From: the human T2T-CHM13v2.0 reference genome, Homo sapiens
Strand: one strand, 5' to 3'
NCBI RefSeq assembly: GCF_009914755.1
Contig: NC_060929.1
DNA: 64,000 bases
The notes beneath the pieces are model-generated. The model did no database searches and was not told the DNA's origin. It was given only the letters and a program-made list of their open reading frames with translations. Made by a program: the position numbers and the translations under genes. Below are positions 40,063 to 55,185 of the stretch, in pieces. Each line of letters opens with the position of its first letter. Positions within the stretch are counted from its first letter, which is position 1.

Positions 40063-43000
40063 AAAGTGCAGAAGAAAAAATACATCACATATTTTAAAAT
40101 GCTACTTTCATTAATAATTTTGAATGCTATGTAATTTATATATATATTCAACTTTACAATAAGTAACACTATAAACAATTTAGCATGCACAATTATCTGT
40201 GCAAAGTGATGCACATAACTCAGTTAATCTTCATTATTAGGATCTCAGGATTAGAGATGAAAAGACAATGTTTTAGACAAGTGAATTGTTTTGCCCAAGA
40301 TCGAAGAGCTACTAAGTGTGAAACTGGTATTTAATGCCAACGAGTTTAGCTCCAGAGCCTGTGCTGTTAAACATTTTTAAATATATATCATTTATATTCA
40401 CACTGATCCAATATGTACCTGTTAAATCTTTCCCATAGAAAAACACTTTGCTAGATGCATGTGCTACAATACCTCTAAAGTTAATTTAACAGGCCATCAA
40501 GGAGCTGTTAAAGAGTAGTGATGAGACATAAATAAATACATTTTACAGGCAGCCTATGAATAGTCCCCAGAGAGCTATAGATATATCACAAAATGCATTT
40601 CTTTCTTCTTTTGATTTATGTTTTCTTCCTTCTTTCACTTTAGAATATGCTTTCATATATTTGACCTGTGAAAAATTCACGATTCTTGTCCTCTTTTGTT
40701 AACAGCAGAGGAAGAGACAGAATGTGCTGACATCAACATGTCCACACACTTGGAGCTATCAAAATGTTCTGCTTCACTGTGTGGACAATTGACACCATCA
40801 GTCCCTCCTCAACACACGTCTCAAGAAAATGAACATTACCCATTTTCTAGTCTTCTTTTCCCTTTGTTGACACCCAAACTGGAGATCAAATGGTCAATAC
40901 GCTGAGTGAATGAAACCTTTCTCTAGATCAGTCAGCTACAGTTATTAAAAGCACAGTTTCCCTGGGGTCAAATCCTCAACCTGCCTCTTTCCTTTTGTGA
41001 TTGTGGGGAAGCTGCCTAAACTCTCTATGCTACAGTCTTCGAATCTTTGAACAAGGTTGGTAAAAACGCTCTGTGATTGGTTATAAAGATGAGGAAGATT
41101 TACTTATATACAGTAGGCGCAGTGCCTAAAACAGAATGGGTATGTTATTATTATCCTTTTATGACTATAAAAAAATGAACTTCCAATAATGAAATTATTG
41201 ACAAAACTTACCGTATACCCAGGAAATACACTAGTGTGATTCTATTATAATAATAATGCATTTGCAAAGAAATAAACTGAACATCTATTTATGTTCAAGT
41301 AAAGAAACATTTCTTAAAGAAGCAAAGTTCCAATTTTGAATCCAAAATTCTAAATGACATTTTTCCTTTTATATATCATCATCTTAATCAACACTGATCT
41401 ATCAGTGCAATTTGTTTCTCCATGAAATGTTTCTAACTTATTGACATGATTCTTAATTATTTATTTTTTGGCAACAAAAATTTGAATCAACAGAGAATAA
41501 AAAATGTAGGTGATCGCCCCAAAATAAGCTATCAAGTAGATTAAATTTCAATTAACAAATGCCAATGGTAAATGTTTACAGAGGTTTGAATTAAAGTAGA
41601 AAGAAAAAAAAAACAGGGGAATTTAACTGCAAGATATTTTATGAGCCTAACTTTCTCTAGTGAAGCAGTTTTTCCGGATTTAATTGTTTATTTATAATGA
41701 TAAGTCATGCATTTAGTTCCCAGGATGCTAGCTTTAATGAAGCAATATAATAATAAAATATTTCCAAAATTATTCAGGAAGTACACCTAAGTATTGAAAC
41801 ATATCATAGTATTTTTGATATCCTACATAATTTTCAATTAATGATAAAAAGCATAAGTAGAATAAAATATTAAAGGTTAATAATTCAGAAATAATTAATT
41901 TTAGTTGAGCAAAATAAATTGTCATATGGCTTTTGCTATGTCCCAAAATTGATTTTTTCCCCCAAGTAGAAATTTGAGCAACCTTGACCTTTTATAAGGG
42001 ACACATTTTTACAGACATACAACTCCTCCATCTGTTTCCACATTCAATTTTAATTTTTGTCTTTGCAACCATTACATTGCAATGCAAGGAAATAGCAGAT
42101 ATAAATGAGATGTTGCTTTGCTCTGGCCCACTAAATCATGATTCAAGGTAACATTCAGGTGACATTACAAGTTGTCAGAACAGCAATGTGCCATACTGTA
42201 GAAAGGGAAAAAATGTGTGAAGGATGTTTATTTCCCCATCCAATATAAGTGACAAGGTTGAAATGAGAATGTTGTGTGTCCCTGAAAATATATCACCATT
42301 TAAATAATTCTATTATTAGGCACAGTGGAAGCTCTATCTTGGAGAAGCCTCCCATACTGTGAGTAATTATCACAATCTAGCATGCTAATTGCTTTTCGAT
42401 CTGCAGGCTGTGCTTTCAATGAGTCTTGTTGAGCATTATTGGGCTGCACCTACACTACCATTTAATGAGAGCAGACTTTATCAAAGGACAGCATCGTCTC
42501 TGACTATTGAATCGATACGAAGCCATTATCCTAGGGTTTAAAGTTTGGAAACATTCTGGTCAATAGACTTCTGTTCAAGTACTGTAGATTTCAGGATCAT
42601 GCCTAGAAAACACCGCATTTCCCAAGTCTATTAATAACCTGCGTCTGAAACACCTGAGAAAGCAACAGACAAGGGTCAGCCAGTGTCTTCTTTCTGTTCA
42701 AAGTAGATGTAAACGTAATTATACAGCAAATGAGCTTCAATGTGCAATGAGACATTTTAGATAACTGAGTCAGAATGTTGTTTCATGAAATTATTCACTT
42801 ATGTGTATATGAATACATATGTACATATGTTTCATAGTGTGCAAACCTTTGGGCTTTGTGTGCTGTACAGTGTGTGAATATAATACTATTGTACAAATGT
42901 GGAATTATTTCATATTTTTATAGCAAACTAGCAGATATTGAAACAAAATAAAAGATAACCAAATTTGCTAAGGTGATCTAGTAAGTGACAAAGACAAGGT

Positions 43001-44614
43001 TCAAATTCATGCCTGTATGGCTTCAGCATACATACCTAATATACACATTTTTTAAATGACTATAGAAATGTATATTTACATTAAAATATCCAACCAATAG
43101 GGAATTATATAAAAGAGTGGATCTCCAATATAGCAGACCCAATGGCTCATTTTATAATGAATATTTAAAGTGTTTCCTTTAACATGCCACAATTCAGTTT
43201 AGACAGAATAATCTGCCTTGACACTTAATTAGTAAAGGCGATTTAATCCTGCCATTTACATGGAAGACTAAATTAAAAACTACAATACAACACCTATTTT
43301 AATATGTAAATCTTCAAGTACAGTAAGACAGGAGCTATGATAAAGTAAACACATGCCACGTAGAATCTGCACTAGCACAGCAGCTTAAATCGAAAGCAAA
43401 ATTGGATACAGTTTGTAATCTTACCTTGATTTATCAGGTAATGAATTTGTAAAAAAAAAAAAAAATCCAGCGTATATGAAAACTAGATGATTTCAGGAAA
43501 CAGACCATATTTATATTGTTTAAAAAGCAGATTTATGTATAAATAGATTTTTCAACTACATGAATGTACAAAAAGACATTCTGCTAATTTTGCAGTGCTC
43601 AAGAACATTCTTTTATGTTGGGAACTGCTCGGTCTCCAAGGGAGACTAAATGCCGGTAGTAATTCCCATTCATTAGGACAACAAACCTCTTCCATTTCCA
43701 AAACATTTTATAAAGTATTGTGCATTATTTCATTTACAATCATAATACATGTTTATATATGTGTATATTTGTACATGTGTACATGTTACAATACAGATGA
43801 AGTCATTATATTCAAATTGTTCCATCACAATATTTTCACTAAATATATTTCAAAGAAGTTTCCAATTCTCTAATACTTATAAATCGGTTTCACTATTTTA
43901 AACCTCTGGGCAGTGTTGCATGGAATGTATTGCCATAATTATCTAGCCATTCCCCTATTGCTACATACACTATTTTTATCTTTCTAAAAGTCATGGTCTT
44001 ACCCTCACTTTAAGACTGTTTATTACAGTCCCTGTAATGTACTCTGGTTATTTTCCAATTCATGCAATACCTGACTTTATATTCTAGGCATCTGTAAGTG
44101 CACCAATAGTGGCAGTTAGGGACTGAAAACAGTGTCTAATGGTGACGTTCAGACAAAATATTTATTTGTGAAGGTGGCTATTTTAGTGGGAATGTTGTGA
44201 CAATTCTCCCCGGATCTCTATATGTCTGAAATCGAGTTTTTCTGAGCAAAGATAATTACAGACAAATTAGGAAAGTTTGTATATTGAGACATTCGCTGAG
44301 AGTAAAGTTTAGAAATATCTCACTGTTTTGAGCTGTTCTAGAGCAATAAAGATAAACGTATCTCTATCCAATTCCTGGAGAAAATATGCTTACATTCCAG
44401 AGTAAAGATATAGTCTCCCTGTCTTTTTTCTCCCTAGAAAGAGGTGTGTGACTGGGCCACCAGCAGCCCTACATAAGGGCGAAGCTTCTTAATTGCATTG
44501 CGCCCCTCTGCATATTTGGATACTACATGAGCCTCACCACATCACCTTGTGGAGACTGAAACTCAGGGAACAGAATGGGCTCTGGCTGCTGCTTTTACTG
44601 AGGATAATAAACTG

Positions 44615-46401
<1,787 letters not shown>

Positions 46402-47511
46402 AATAAACTGGCTTTTTCTCTGACCCAGAAGTTTTGTGTGTTGTGTAAGAGTGTGTGCTCTGTGTAGGCACACATACACAGAGCATACACAGTATCAGCA
46501 CACGCACCTACTCTCTGTTGTCTTGTAGGTAGAATAAAATACCAGATTCTTCAATGTTTCTGACCTAACAGAGGATAAGTTGGGTTATGTTGCAATAACA
46601 CCACAACAGCAAAATCAAAAACTTGGTGGCTTGTGATAAAATGTGATATAGCATTTGTAAGAAATAAGCCATTGGTGGCATAAGCCAGTAATGTGTGTCT
46701 GTATTTGTGTTGGAGTAACGTAATCTAGCCCCTTTGGTGAGGGAAGCAAACAAATAAATGCAGAATTTTGCTTTTAACATGAAAAATATAGATTTTCCTG
46801 TGCCCTTGGGTGCATCAAAAAATTAGCCATGCTTCAGTTTTTGCATTTGTAAAACAAGAAAAACTCACCATATAGCCTTTAACACCCCATAGCCAATAAA
46901 TATTCGAAGGTTTTATGAAGATATTTTAATGCAATAAAATATTTCTTTCAAAATTAAGTATGCACTGGCTACTCTGAAACAGCTGGGTGTCTACTTCATG
47001 TTGTTTGCTACAAGGGCAGGAGATAAACAGTAAATTAAAATATGCACTGGCCCTTATAGATTCTGTCCATCATTTTGTTGGTCAGTTTTAGTCATTTCAC
47101 TCTGCCTATCTTCAAGGGGAAAGTAACTGCCAGCTTATCTTATGCCTGGAAGTAGGAGAACGAACATTATGAAACCACATACTATATCTCCAAGCTGCGA
47201 TTTTGCTACAATTCCATGAAGTAAGATTATGTAACTCAAAAAAAAATCATCTTGGCATTTAGATACAATAAATTCATAAATGAAAAAGTTCATGGACAAA
47301 GTTTCGGATTAACACCTGTTTACTGTTAAGCTAAAGAGGAGCCGAATATTTTATGTCAAAAAGAAAATGACTTCATCTAAGATTGTATGCTCACTCAACC
47401 AGCCTGGGCTCTTTTAAAAAAACACTTAAGAGAAATGTAATTTAATTGTATAAGATATCTGAGAAGTATAAGCAAGCAATGGCTAAGCATTTCAGTAAGA
47501 ACGCTTTTGTC

Positions 47512-47824
47512 TTTTTTTTTTTTTTTTTTTTTTTTTTTGAGACAGTCTCTGTCACCCAGGCTGAAGTACACTGGCACCATCATGGCTCAATCAGCCTTGA
47601 CCTCTCCAGGCTCAAATGATCTTCACACCTCAGCCTCCTGAGGTAGCTGGGAATACAAGTACTACATGCACATGACACCATTTCTGTCTAATTTATATAT
47701 TTCTTTAGAGATGGGTGTTTTCTCATTTTGCCCAAGTTGGTTTCAAACTGCTGAGCTCAAGCGATCTCTCTGCCTTGGACTCCCAAAGTGCTGGGATTAC
47801 AGGCATGAGCCACTGCATCTGGCC
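47512..47824 (-). mobile_element. AluJ
   Basis: Diverged dimeric Alu with a long poly(T). Confidence 0.9.
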
Positions 47825-48603
47825 CTTTTATTTTTTTATTACTGAAAAAGTAATTGGCCCTCTAGATTCCTGTAATATGAAACCAATTAAATTATCCGCA
47901 TATATTTGCAGGGTAGTTTACTCTTTGCCCATCCGGCCTTATCTCACTGAAAGCAAAGCTTTATGAGTAAACTCCTAAAAATTTAAGCAAATTATGATGA
48001 TAACTGTTGCCTTAAAGCTAAATAGTTTGTGTTAAATATGGTGCTCAATAAGCAAGAGTTACTTTAATAAATCTCTAGATTTGCTTCATTAAGATAATCA
48101 AGTAGCAGATGGGTTAGGCCTTCTCTTGTTTTTCATCCTTTTGCCCTTTCCAGAATCTTACCTACATAATGTCCCAATTCCTGAGCAATTCTGAACTAAG
48201 AAACTCATCCACATTCTTGAATTCATTTTTCACAAGCTAACTTGGTCTTTTTCATCTCTATGTCATATTAATGTAATGTAGTTGTGTTAATGTAGCCACA
48301 AATGTATTGTTTATTAAATTCTCTCCAAATATTTGTGAGCAATCAGAATGATATTATAAACATCCTTTAATGTTTTAGTATATCATTAACCTCAAGCTTA
48401 TAATAGTATCTATATTTTATTTTCTATATATTTTTATATTTGTAAGTGAAATTGTGTGAGTAAAATACTTAATAAAATGTGTCAACATATATAATTGGAC
48501 CAATGTGAAAATTAAAATGGTTCTCTGACATTTGGCATTAAAGCTTATGTTTAAATTTTGTCTCCCTCTGTTGGAAAAATCATATTGCTCTACAACTGGG
48601 TGC

Positions 48604-48753
48604 TTTTTTGCTTTTTTTGTTTGTTTGTTTGTTTATGAAACTGGGTCTCACTGTGTTGCCAAGGCGGGTCTGGAACTCCCGGGCTCAAGCAATCCTCCCG
48701 TCTTGGCCTCCTACAGTGCTGAGATGACTTGCGTGAGCCACCTGTGTTCTGCC
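48604..48753 (-). mobile_element. Alu monomer (FLAM-like)
   Basis: gggtctcactgtgttgcc..gggctcaagcaatcctcccgtcttggcctcc. Confidence 0.8.
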
Positions 48754-49231
48754 CTATAACTGAGTCTTTACCTTTTCTTCATATACTAAATGTAGCACAC
48801 CTAGGCATTATTTACATGGGGAGAATTGTCTCAGAGTTATACGCCAATCAAAGATTAACAGATTGTTTTTATGCCTGTATTTTTTTTTGATAACCTCCTT
48901 GTTCATTCTGGAACACTTTTATAGGTTTGATCTCCTGAGACACAAACTCTGAGACAGAGACAGATTAATTTCCAAGGAGTTTATTAGGAAATGCTCTTGG
49001 GATCAACACTTGCTGGGCAGAGATGGAAGTGGAAGTGAAGAGAGAGAAGCTGGGCTGTGAAGCAGTTTCAAGAAAATCTCTCCTGATTCTGTGGGATGGT
49101 ATGAAGCTGGTATCGCTCTAACAGGGTTGAATTTGCAAACTCATTAACAGAAATAAAATGTTGGCAATCTAGATGCAAATGTTAAATAATCAAATCTACT
49201 TCTGTGATTTCAATTTTCTTTTCTAGGACCT

Positions 49232-49612
49232 TGTTATGATCAAAATGTTTGTGTCCTCCCAAATGTATATGCTGACATTCTGATTCCCAAGGTATCAGGT
49301 ATGGGGTCATATAGTATCAGGATGTGAGGCCTTTGAGAAGTGATTAGGTCATGGGGGCATAAATGGTATGAATGGAATTGGTGCTCTTATAAAAGAAGTC
49401 CCAGAGAGCTACCCTGCCCCTTGCATCATGGGTTGTGAAGACACAGCTAGATGCAACCATTAGTCTACAAGGAAAAAGCCCCTCAGCAGACACTGAATCT
49501 GCTGATGACTTGATCTTTGATTTCTCAGCCTCCAAAACCGTGAGAAAGAAATTTGTTTATAAGTTACCCAGTGTATGGTATTTTTCTATAGCGTTCTGCA
49601 CAGACTAAAACA
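49232..49612 (+). mobile_element. MLT1A-type MaLR LTR
   Basis: tgttatg..aatgtttgtgtc..gtgattaggtcatg..gacttgatctt..cagcctccaaaaccgtgaga..gactaaaaca. Confidence 0.8.
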
Positions 49613-50539
49613 GACTTACATAAAATAATATGATGAAAGCAGTTAACTGCTTAGCTAAGTGTCAAGCCATTACAGATTCTCAAAAAATACTAGCATGCAT
49701 TATTTTTCAGAAGTGATATTATGGCTGGGAACTTCTGTTGAATAATTATTATTAATTTTCTGTATTATCATGCCATCACTTCTATATTATAAATAATGTC
49801 AACTGTATCTTTTATGAAAATTGAAGGACTTCACATTCATTGTATAAAAGACATAGTTCCAGACAAAGGAGTCAGTTATGACGGAGCTGCATATGTCTGG
49901 GGTTACCCTTGCATAGAACATAGTTGTTAATCATAATCATAGCTCTATTTCCTTATGTGGTAGCATTAAAAATGGATGTTCACTTAAATTAGGTTGCTCA
50001 TCACTGAAAATCGTTTCATGCTACAACACTGAAATGGGAAAACAAAAAATGACTGTACTTGTAAAAATTGCTTATGACACACCAGGTACTGCAATTAAAG
50101 GAAGTAGAAATTGCCAAATCTGTATGGACGATCATAAAAATTATGTTAGTTACCTCTTAAAAATACTCCTCCCTTCATTCTGTCTTAATTAAATTCTGAA
50201 ATTCTTCTTAGATACCAGAAAGAACTTCTAGATCTCTACTGGTTTTCTCATACACTTTATATCTCTTTATGCTACCATAAAACTTAAAAAATCCTTATGT
50301 TCAGTCTTTGGGCTCACTGTTTTTCTCCTAAGTTGCAACTGTTTTGTTATTCAGCCTATCTACCAGTTTTCCTAATGGCAATGATAAAATTTTTACATTT
50401 TTAATACCAAGATCTCTAGAAGATTTTTCATAGAGCAGATACTCACCCCCAAAAGCCTTTGTTTTAACAATAAAACAATTAACTTATTCGTTTACAATAT
50501 TATGATTGCTCTTCTATTTTTTGTTTATTTAGGCCAAGC

Positions 50540-50883
50540 ATGTTTGTATCCCCCAAAATTTATCTGTTGAAACCTTATCGCCAGTGATGATATTTGGAGG
50601 TGGGGTCTTTGGTAGGTAGTTAGGTTATAAGCGTGGAGCCCTAATTAATGCAATTAGTGCCCTTATAAAAGAGACTTCAGGGAGCCCCTTCTTTCCTTCT
50701 GCCACGTAATGACACATTGAAAAGACAGCCATCTGCGAAGCAGGTTGTGGACCCTCAATAGACACCAAATCTGCTAATGCCTTGATCTTGGATTTTCCAG
50801 CCTCCAGAACTGTGTAATAAACTTGTTTATAAAGCACCCAATTTATGGTATTTTATTATTACAACCTGAATAGACTAAGACAA
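50540..50883 (+). mobile_element. MLT1A0-type MaLR LTR
   Basis: atttggaggtggggtctttgg..ccttgatcttggattttccagcctccagaactgtg..gactaagaca. Confidence 0.82.
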
Positions 50884-53475
50884 GCTCCATTTCCTCTATT
50901 TAGTGGTGGTTAATTTTCTGTTCATTTATGTATTTCTTAAATGTAAGAATACCAGATCCTTGGTATTTGTAGGGGAAGGGCAGAAAATAAGCATTGTGCT
51001 GGATGCGTGTATTGAAGGTGTTAGGCTCTCCTGTCCCAAAGGGGTTGATAGGTTTTAGGAGAGCTGCACCACTGCGCAGCCTGGAAATGACCTACCCCGC
51101 TTTGATAGATGAGCACATTGAGCGTTACAAGCAGTGTTACAAGAGCTGACATGCTGACCTGTTGCAGACCCATGGTTAAATACCCTGAGTCTGTAGAGCG
51201 GCCCCACCTACTTTGTATAACCTTTGTCATCAGCTTCGAGCTCTTCTAGATAAATGTGACCTACACAACATTCTTCGCCTCTTTATGTGGGAATGTGCTT
51301 TCCTTTATTTTTCATTGTTTTGTTTATTTTGTTTCCTCTTTGCCTGGACCACCACCACTACTAGTTCTTCTTCTTCCTCTCCTTCTTTCTCTTCTTTCAT
51401 TTTGTTTGTTTTTTACTATTTATAACCTCTTCAAACTCTCAAAAAAACTAATGTTGTCTTTATTTTTAATTAAATAATGAATTTTGAGTTTTAAAATGTT
51501 TGCTATTTCATGACATTTGTATGAAAGTGTTATATCCTCTATCGTTACATGGCAACTTAGTCTTCATTTCTGGTATTTAACTGCAACACCAGATGCTAGT
51601 GTATAAACTGACTTAAAACCTTCTCTTTTCTTTAAGATCACAGTAAGCCTTATAATATTTTCTAGCATGATGTCTCGTTTTATAAGCATAGTATTATTTA
51701 TTAATTTAAATTAATAGTATAATGTAAATGAATAACACTAGTTTAACTGGCAAATATTTAAATAGGATTCTATTTTGTAATTATTTTTTATATGTCAATG
51801 AAATTTGCATGATGAGATCATCATTCAATATTTAGTGACAATTCATCTCTCAGACCAAAATCATTGTGCTTTAAAAAAAAAGTTTATTCAATTGTTAACG
51901 TTGACTACAAGATGATTAAAAAAGATGAGGCACATAGGTGATCGATAGCCTAATAATCTAAGACAAATAGATATTGAGCTCCTTAAAGACAGGAACAAAT
52001 TATTTATAGTCCCATGGAAACTGAATTTTTCTGTAAATCATAATCGTTACTCAATAATTGCTTTGATTTCTAAGACACTATATTTGCATCTGTCTTATAG
52101 ATATATTATTGTTCAAATTATTCAACAGAAAATCGAGAAACAAAACTAATCTATCTATTTGAGAAGAATATTTGATGTAATGAGAGCAATTTTCCAAATA
52201 GTTGCATTGGGGAAAAGAAAAATTAAATAATATACTCATGGCATCATGGAAGACATGGGAAAAAATGGATGCTACTCAAATTTTACATTTATAAGTGTAT
52301 TCATCTGCTTCTTTAAACACAGTCTTTGACATTTAATTTATAACATATTTAACATTTTATAAAGGATTTGTTCCAATATATTTAACCTCTCTTTAGCTGA
52401 AAATTAATCTCCAAATTATACTTATTAAACACTTTATCCCATATCCTGTGATTTTCAGAATCTTCAGCTTATGAAACCATATAATTTAAAAAGTAATCTT
52501 ATTAAATGTGTGAATTGCATTAGTTCTCATTGATCTGAAGGGCTGTATTTTTGTGAAATTAACTACTTTGTTCTGTTATGATGACTACTGGGTTTTTCAA
52601 TGAAGTTTGTATATTTCAGGTATGAAAGCAGGATTCCAGCAAGTAACTTATTAGATTTATCAGTTTACTCTTGCTTCCAGAGTATTTCCCCAGAGGTATG
52701 GCAGCAGTAACTCTATTAAAGACACCAGGTCCCATTTACTTTCATGTCACACTTTTCTCTCTTGATTTTCTCAGAACTAGACTTGTTGGTTTTCACTGAG
52801 CCTCAGACATAAATAAAAACAATATACCTATTCACCAATCTTGCTGTTAAATTTTATTTTAGAGAAAAACGATGTAGACTATGATATGTTCAAATTTAGC
52901 AATTCTTATTTGTAAATTATCTCTGATATACTGGCATTATTAACTTGATTTCTGTCCTATAACAAGTTTTAATACATAGTTACATAAGCATTTATTTTTA
53001 AGGGATATAATTTCAGACATTAGCTGACTGCATTTAGTTTTTACCTTTTTGCACTATTTTTTCTTCCAATTATTTTGGAAATTGCTACTGCAGCCAACAA
53101 TAGCTACAATATATGTTTTGAAATAATATTTTTACTATTTCAACCACCAAAAGTATCTCATTTATTATCTAGGTGTAGCAGCCCTCATTGCTTCTAGCTT
53201 GCTTACAAATCCAACCACTAAAACCTATTCTTTGTTTTTTTTAAAAAATTACTATAATTAGAGTCTTGCTTCCTTATTATACTTAGCTATAGATTTTTTC
53301 ATCTATATTTTTTCTGTTTAATTATTCTTCTCTCACTTCTAAAATATGCTTTGTAAAAACATCACCAGTGACGTCCTTATTACTAAATTCAGTGAACAAA
53401 TTTAGTCATTCTCTGCCTTGACCTTTATGAAATATTTACCACTGTTAATCAAGGAGGTAGCAATCTACCAACCAG

Positions 53476-53970
53476 TGATAGAGGCAGGAGGCAAAGGCCT
53501 AGGCAGATAGGGGCGGTTCCTGGTGAAATCCAACCTTCAAGCTGGAAACAGTCCTGGGTAAAACCTCGAACAAGATTGAGAACCTGTCTTCCCATTTGGC
53601 ACACTTTCCTCTGATTGATCCCCATCCTTTACCTAGTTTATATATACCTACCCTAGCCTAATTGGTTTTCTACACTATCTTCTACACCTTAGAGTGGTGT
53701 CTTCACTTTAAACTTTTTTGCATACTCACAAACCAATCATCACACACTCTGTATTCTGAGCCCATGAAACACGGCGGGGTTAGCCATATTGGGAACTCTC
53801 CGACCTTCGGGTAGGGATACCACACCCATGTCTCCTTTCTGCTAACAGCTGCTTCATCACTCAATAAAACTTCCTACCTGGCTCACTCTTCAAGTGTCCA
53901 TGTGCCTACTTCTTCCTGGTCATAAGAAAACAGCCCAGACCTAGCTGAGCTAAGGAGCAATCCTGCATCA
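53476..53970 (+). mobile_element. Intact ERV1 solo LTR (LTR9/MER61-like)
   Basis: TG...CA termini, CCAAT, AATAAA at ~53863, and a perfect 4-bp TSD CCAG on both sides. Confidence 0.8.
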
Positions 53971-54889
53971 CCAGGATGCCCAGAAAACACCCTTGTAGAA
54001 GACTGTGGTTTGAGAGGGTCCACTAAGGCCCTTAAATATAATTGAAGGTTCAAACTCTTCTATTTTCCATCTTTGCTTAGCATCAATTTTGCTGCAATAG
54101 AATGGGGTCACCCAACAATAAACTCTATCTTTTAACATGCTAGTTCATGTTATAGGAGCTTCTCTAAACGTTGTGAATTCTGTCTGCTAGCAAAAACAAC
54201 ATAAGAGTGATTTCTGATTTCAAAAAATGGCCAAATCTGTTATTGGCAAAGTTTCTGGTAATACAGCTGTGAGCTCCAGGCTTCATGTGAATTATTTAGC
54301 ACCTGGGATCCTTTTGTGTTTTGTGAAAGATAAACTGAATAGAATGTCTTTGTACCCATGTGGAGAGTAGCAAAACACTAAGGAAAATAATTAAAATAGA
54401 GCAAGTCCTATGAATGTTTTTTGGAAGACAATACGAAGAGTAATATAAATGTTAATTTTCTACTTGCATTTGGGATTTCCATTTTCCACTTTTTTTTTCA
54501 AATACTTATTTTCTGTAATTTTTACAAGATGATTCAACAGGCTACATAGACCGTGTATTAATACATATTAGATATTGTATCTTATGATATAGAGATAGTA
54601 CAGTATACATTTCTTTTTTATTTTTCTTTCTGGAACTTTATAAGGTAGGTTGGTCAAAAAATACAAAGTATTGTGCTTACAGATGGTTCCAGAGCAAATT
54701 CAGTAGTTTATCATAACACTCATTGATTAAATATGCATAATATTCTATTCCCCAGAATTATCTTTAACTGACATGGAGTAAAAACTATTTAGAGTTTTTG
54801 TGAGTTTTCCTTCATGTCAAAACTTAGTAAATTAAAAGGGATTCAGAGAAGTTCTTCAGAAATGAGTAGTCAATAGAAAATGGGTCGTT

Positions 54890-55185
54890 TTTGTATTTGT
54901 TTTTATTAGTAAAAATTAATAGAGTACATGTGAAATTTTGTCACATGTATATAATGCACATGTGTATAATGCACACTGATCAAGTCAAGGTATTTAGAGT
55001 GTTCATAAATTTAATGTTTGATAGTAGAATAGGGTGACTATAGTTAACAAATTGTATTGTACCTGCATATAATGCATTTTTGTGAACTATAGTCACTCTA
55101 CTCTACTATCAAACATTAAATTTATTATTTCTATCTGACTGTGTATTTGTACCCTTTAACCAACTTCTCTTCATCTCCTCTTCTC
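54890..55185 (-). mobile_element. L1MA 3' end fragment containing an inverted duplication
   Basis: gtacatgtgaaattttg..caagtcaaggtatttagagtgttcat..aactatagtcactctactct..gtatttgtaccctttaaccaac. Confidence 0.75.
55005..55125. repeat. Near-perfect palindrome/hairpin with 47-bp arms
   Basis: 55005-55051 matches the reverse complement of 55079-55125 at 44/47 positions. Further inner pairing leaves a ~6-nt loop. Confidence 0.95.
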
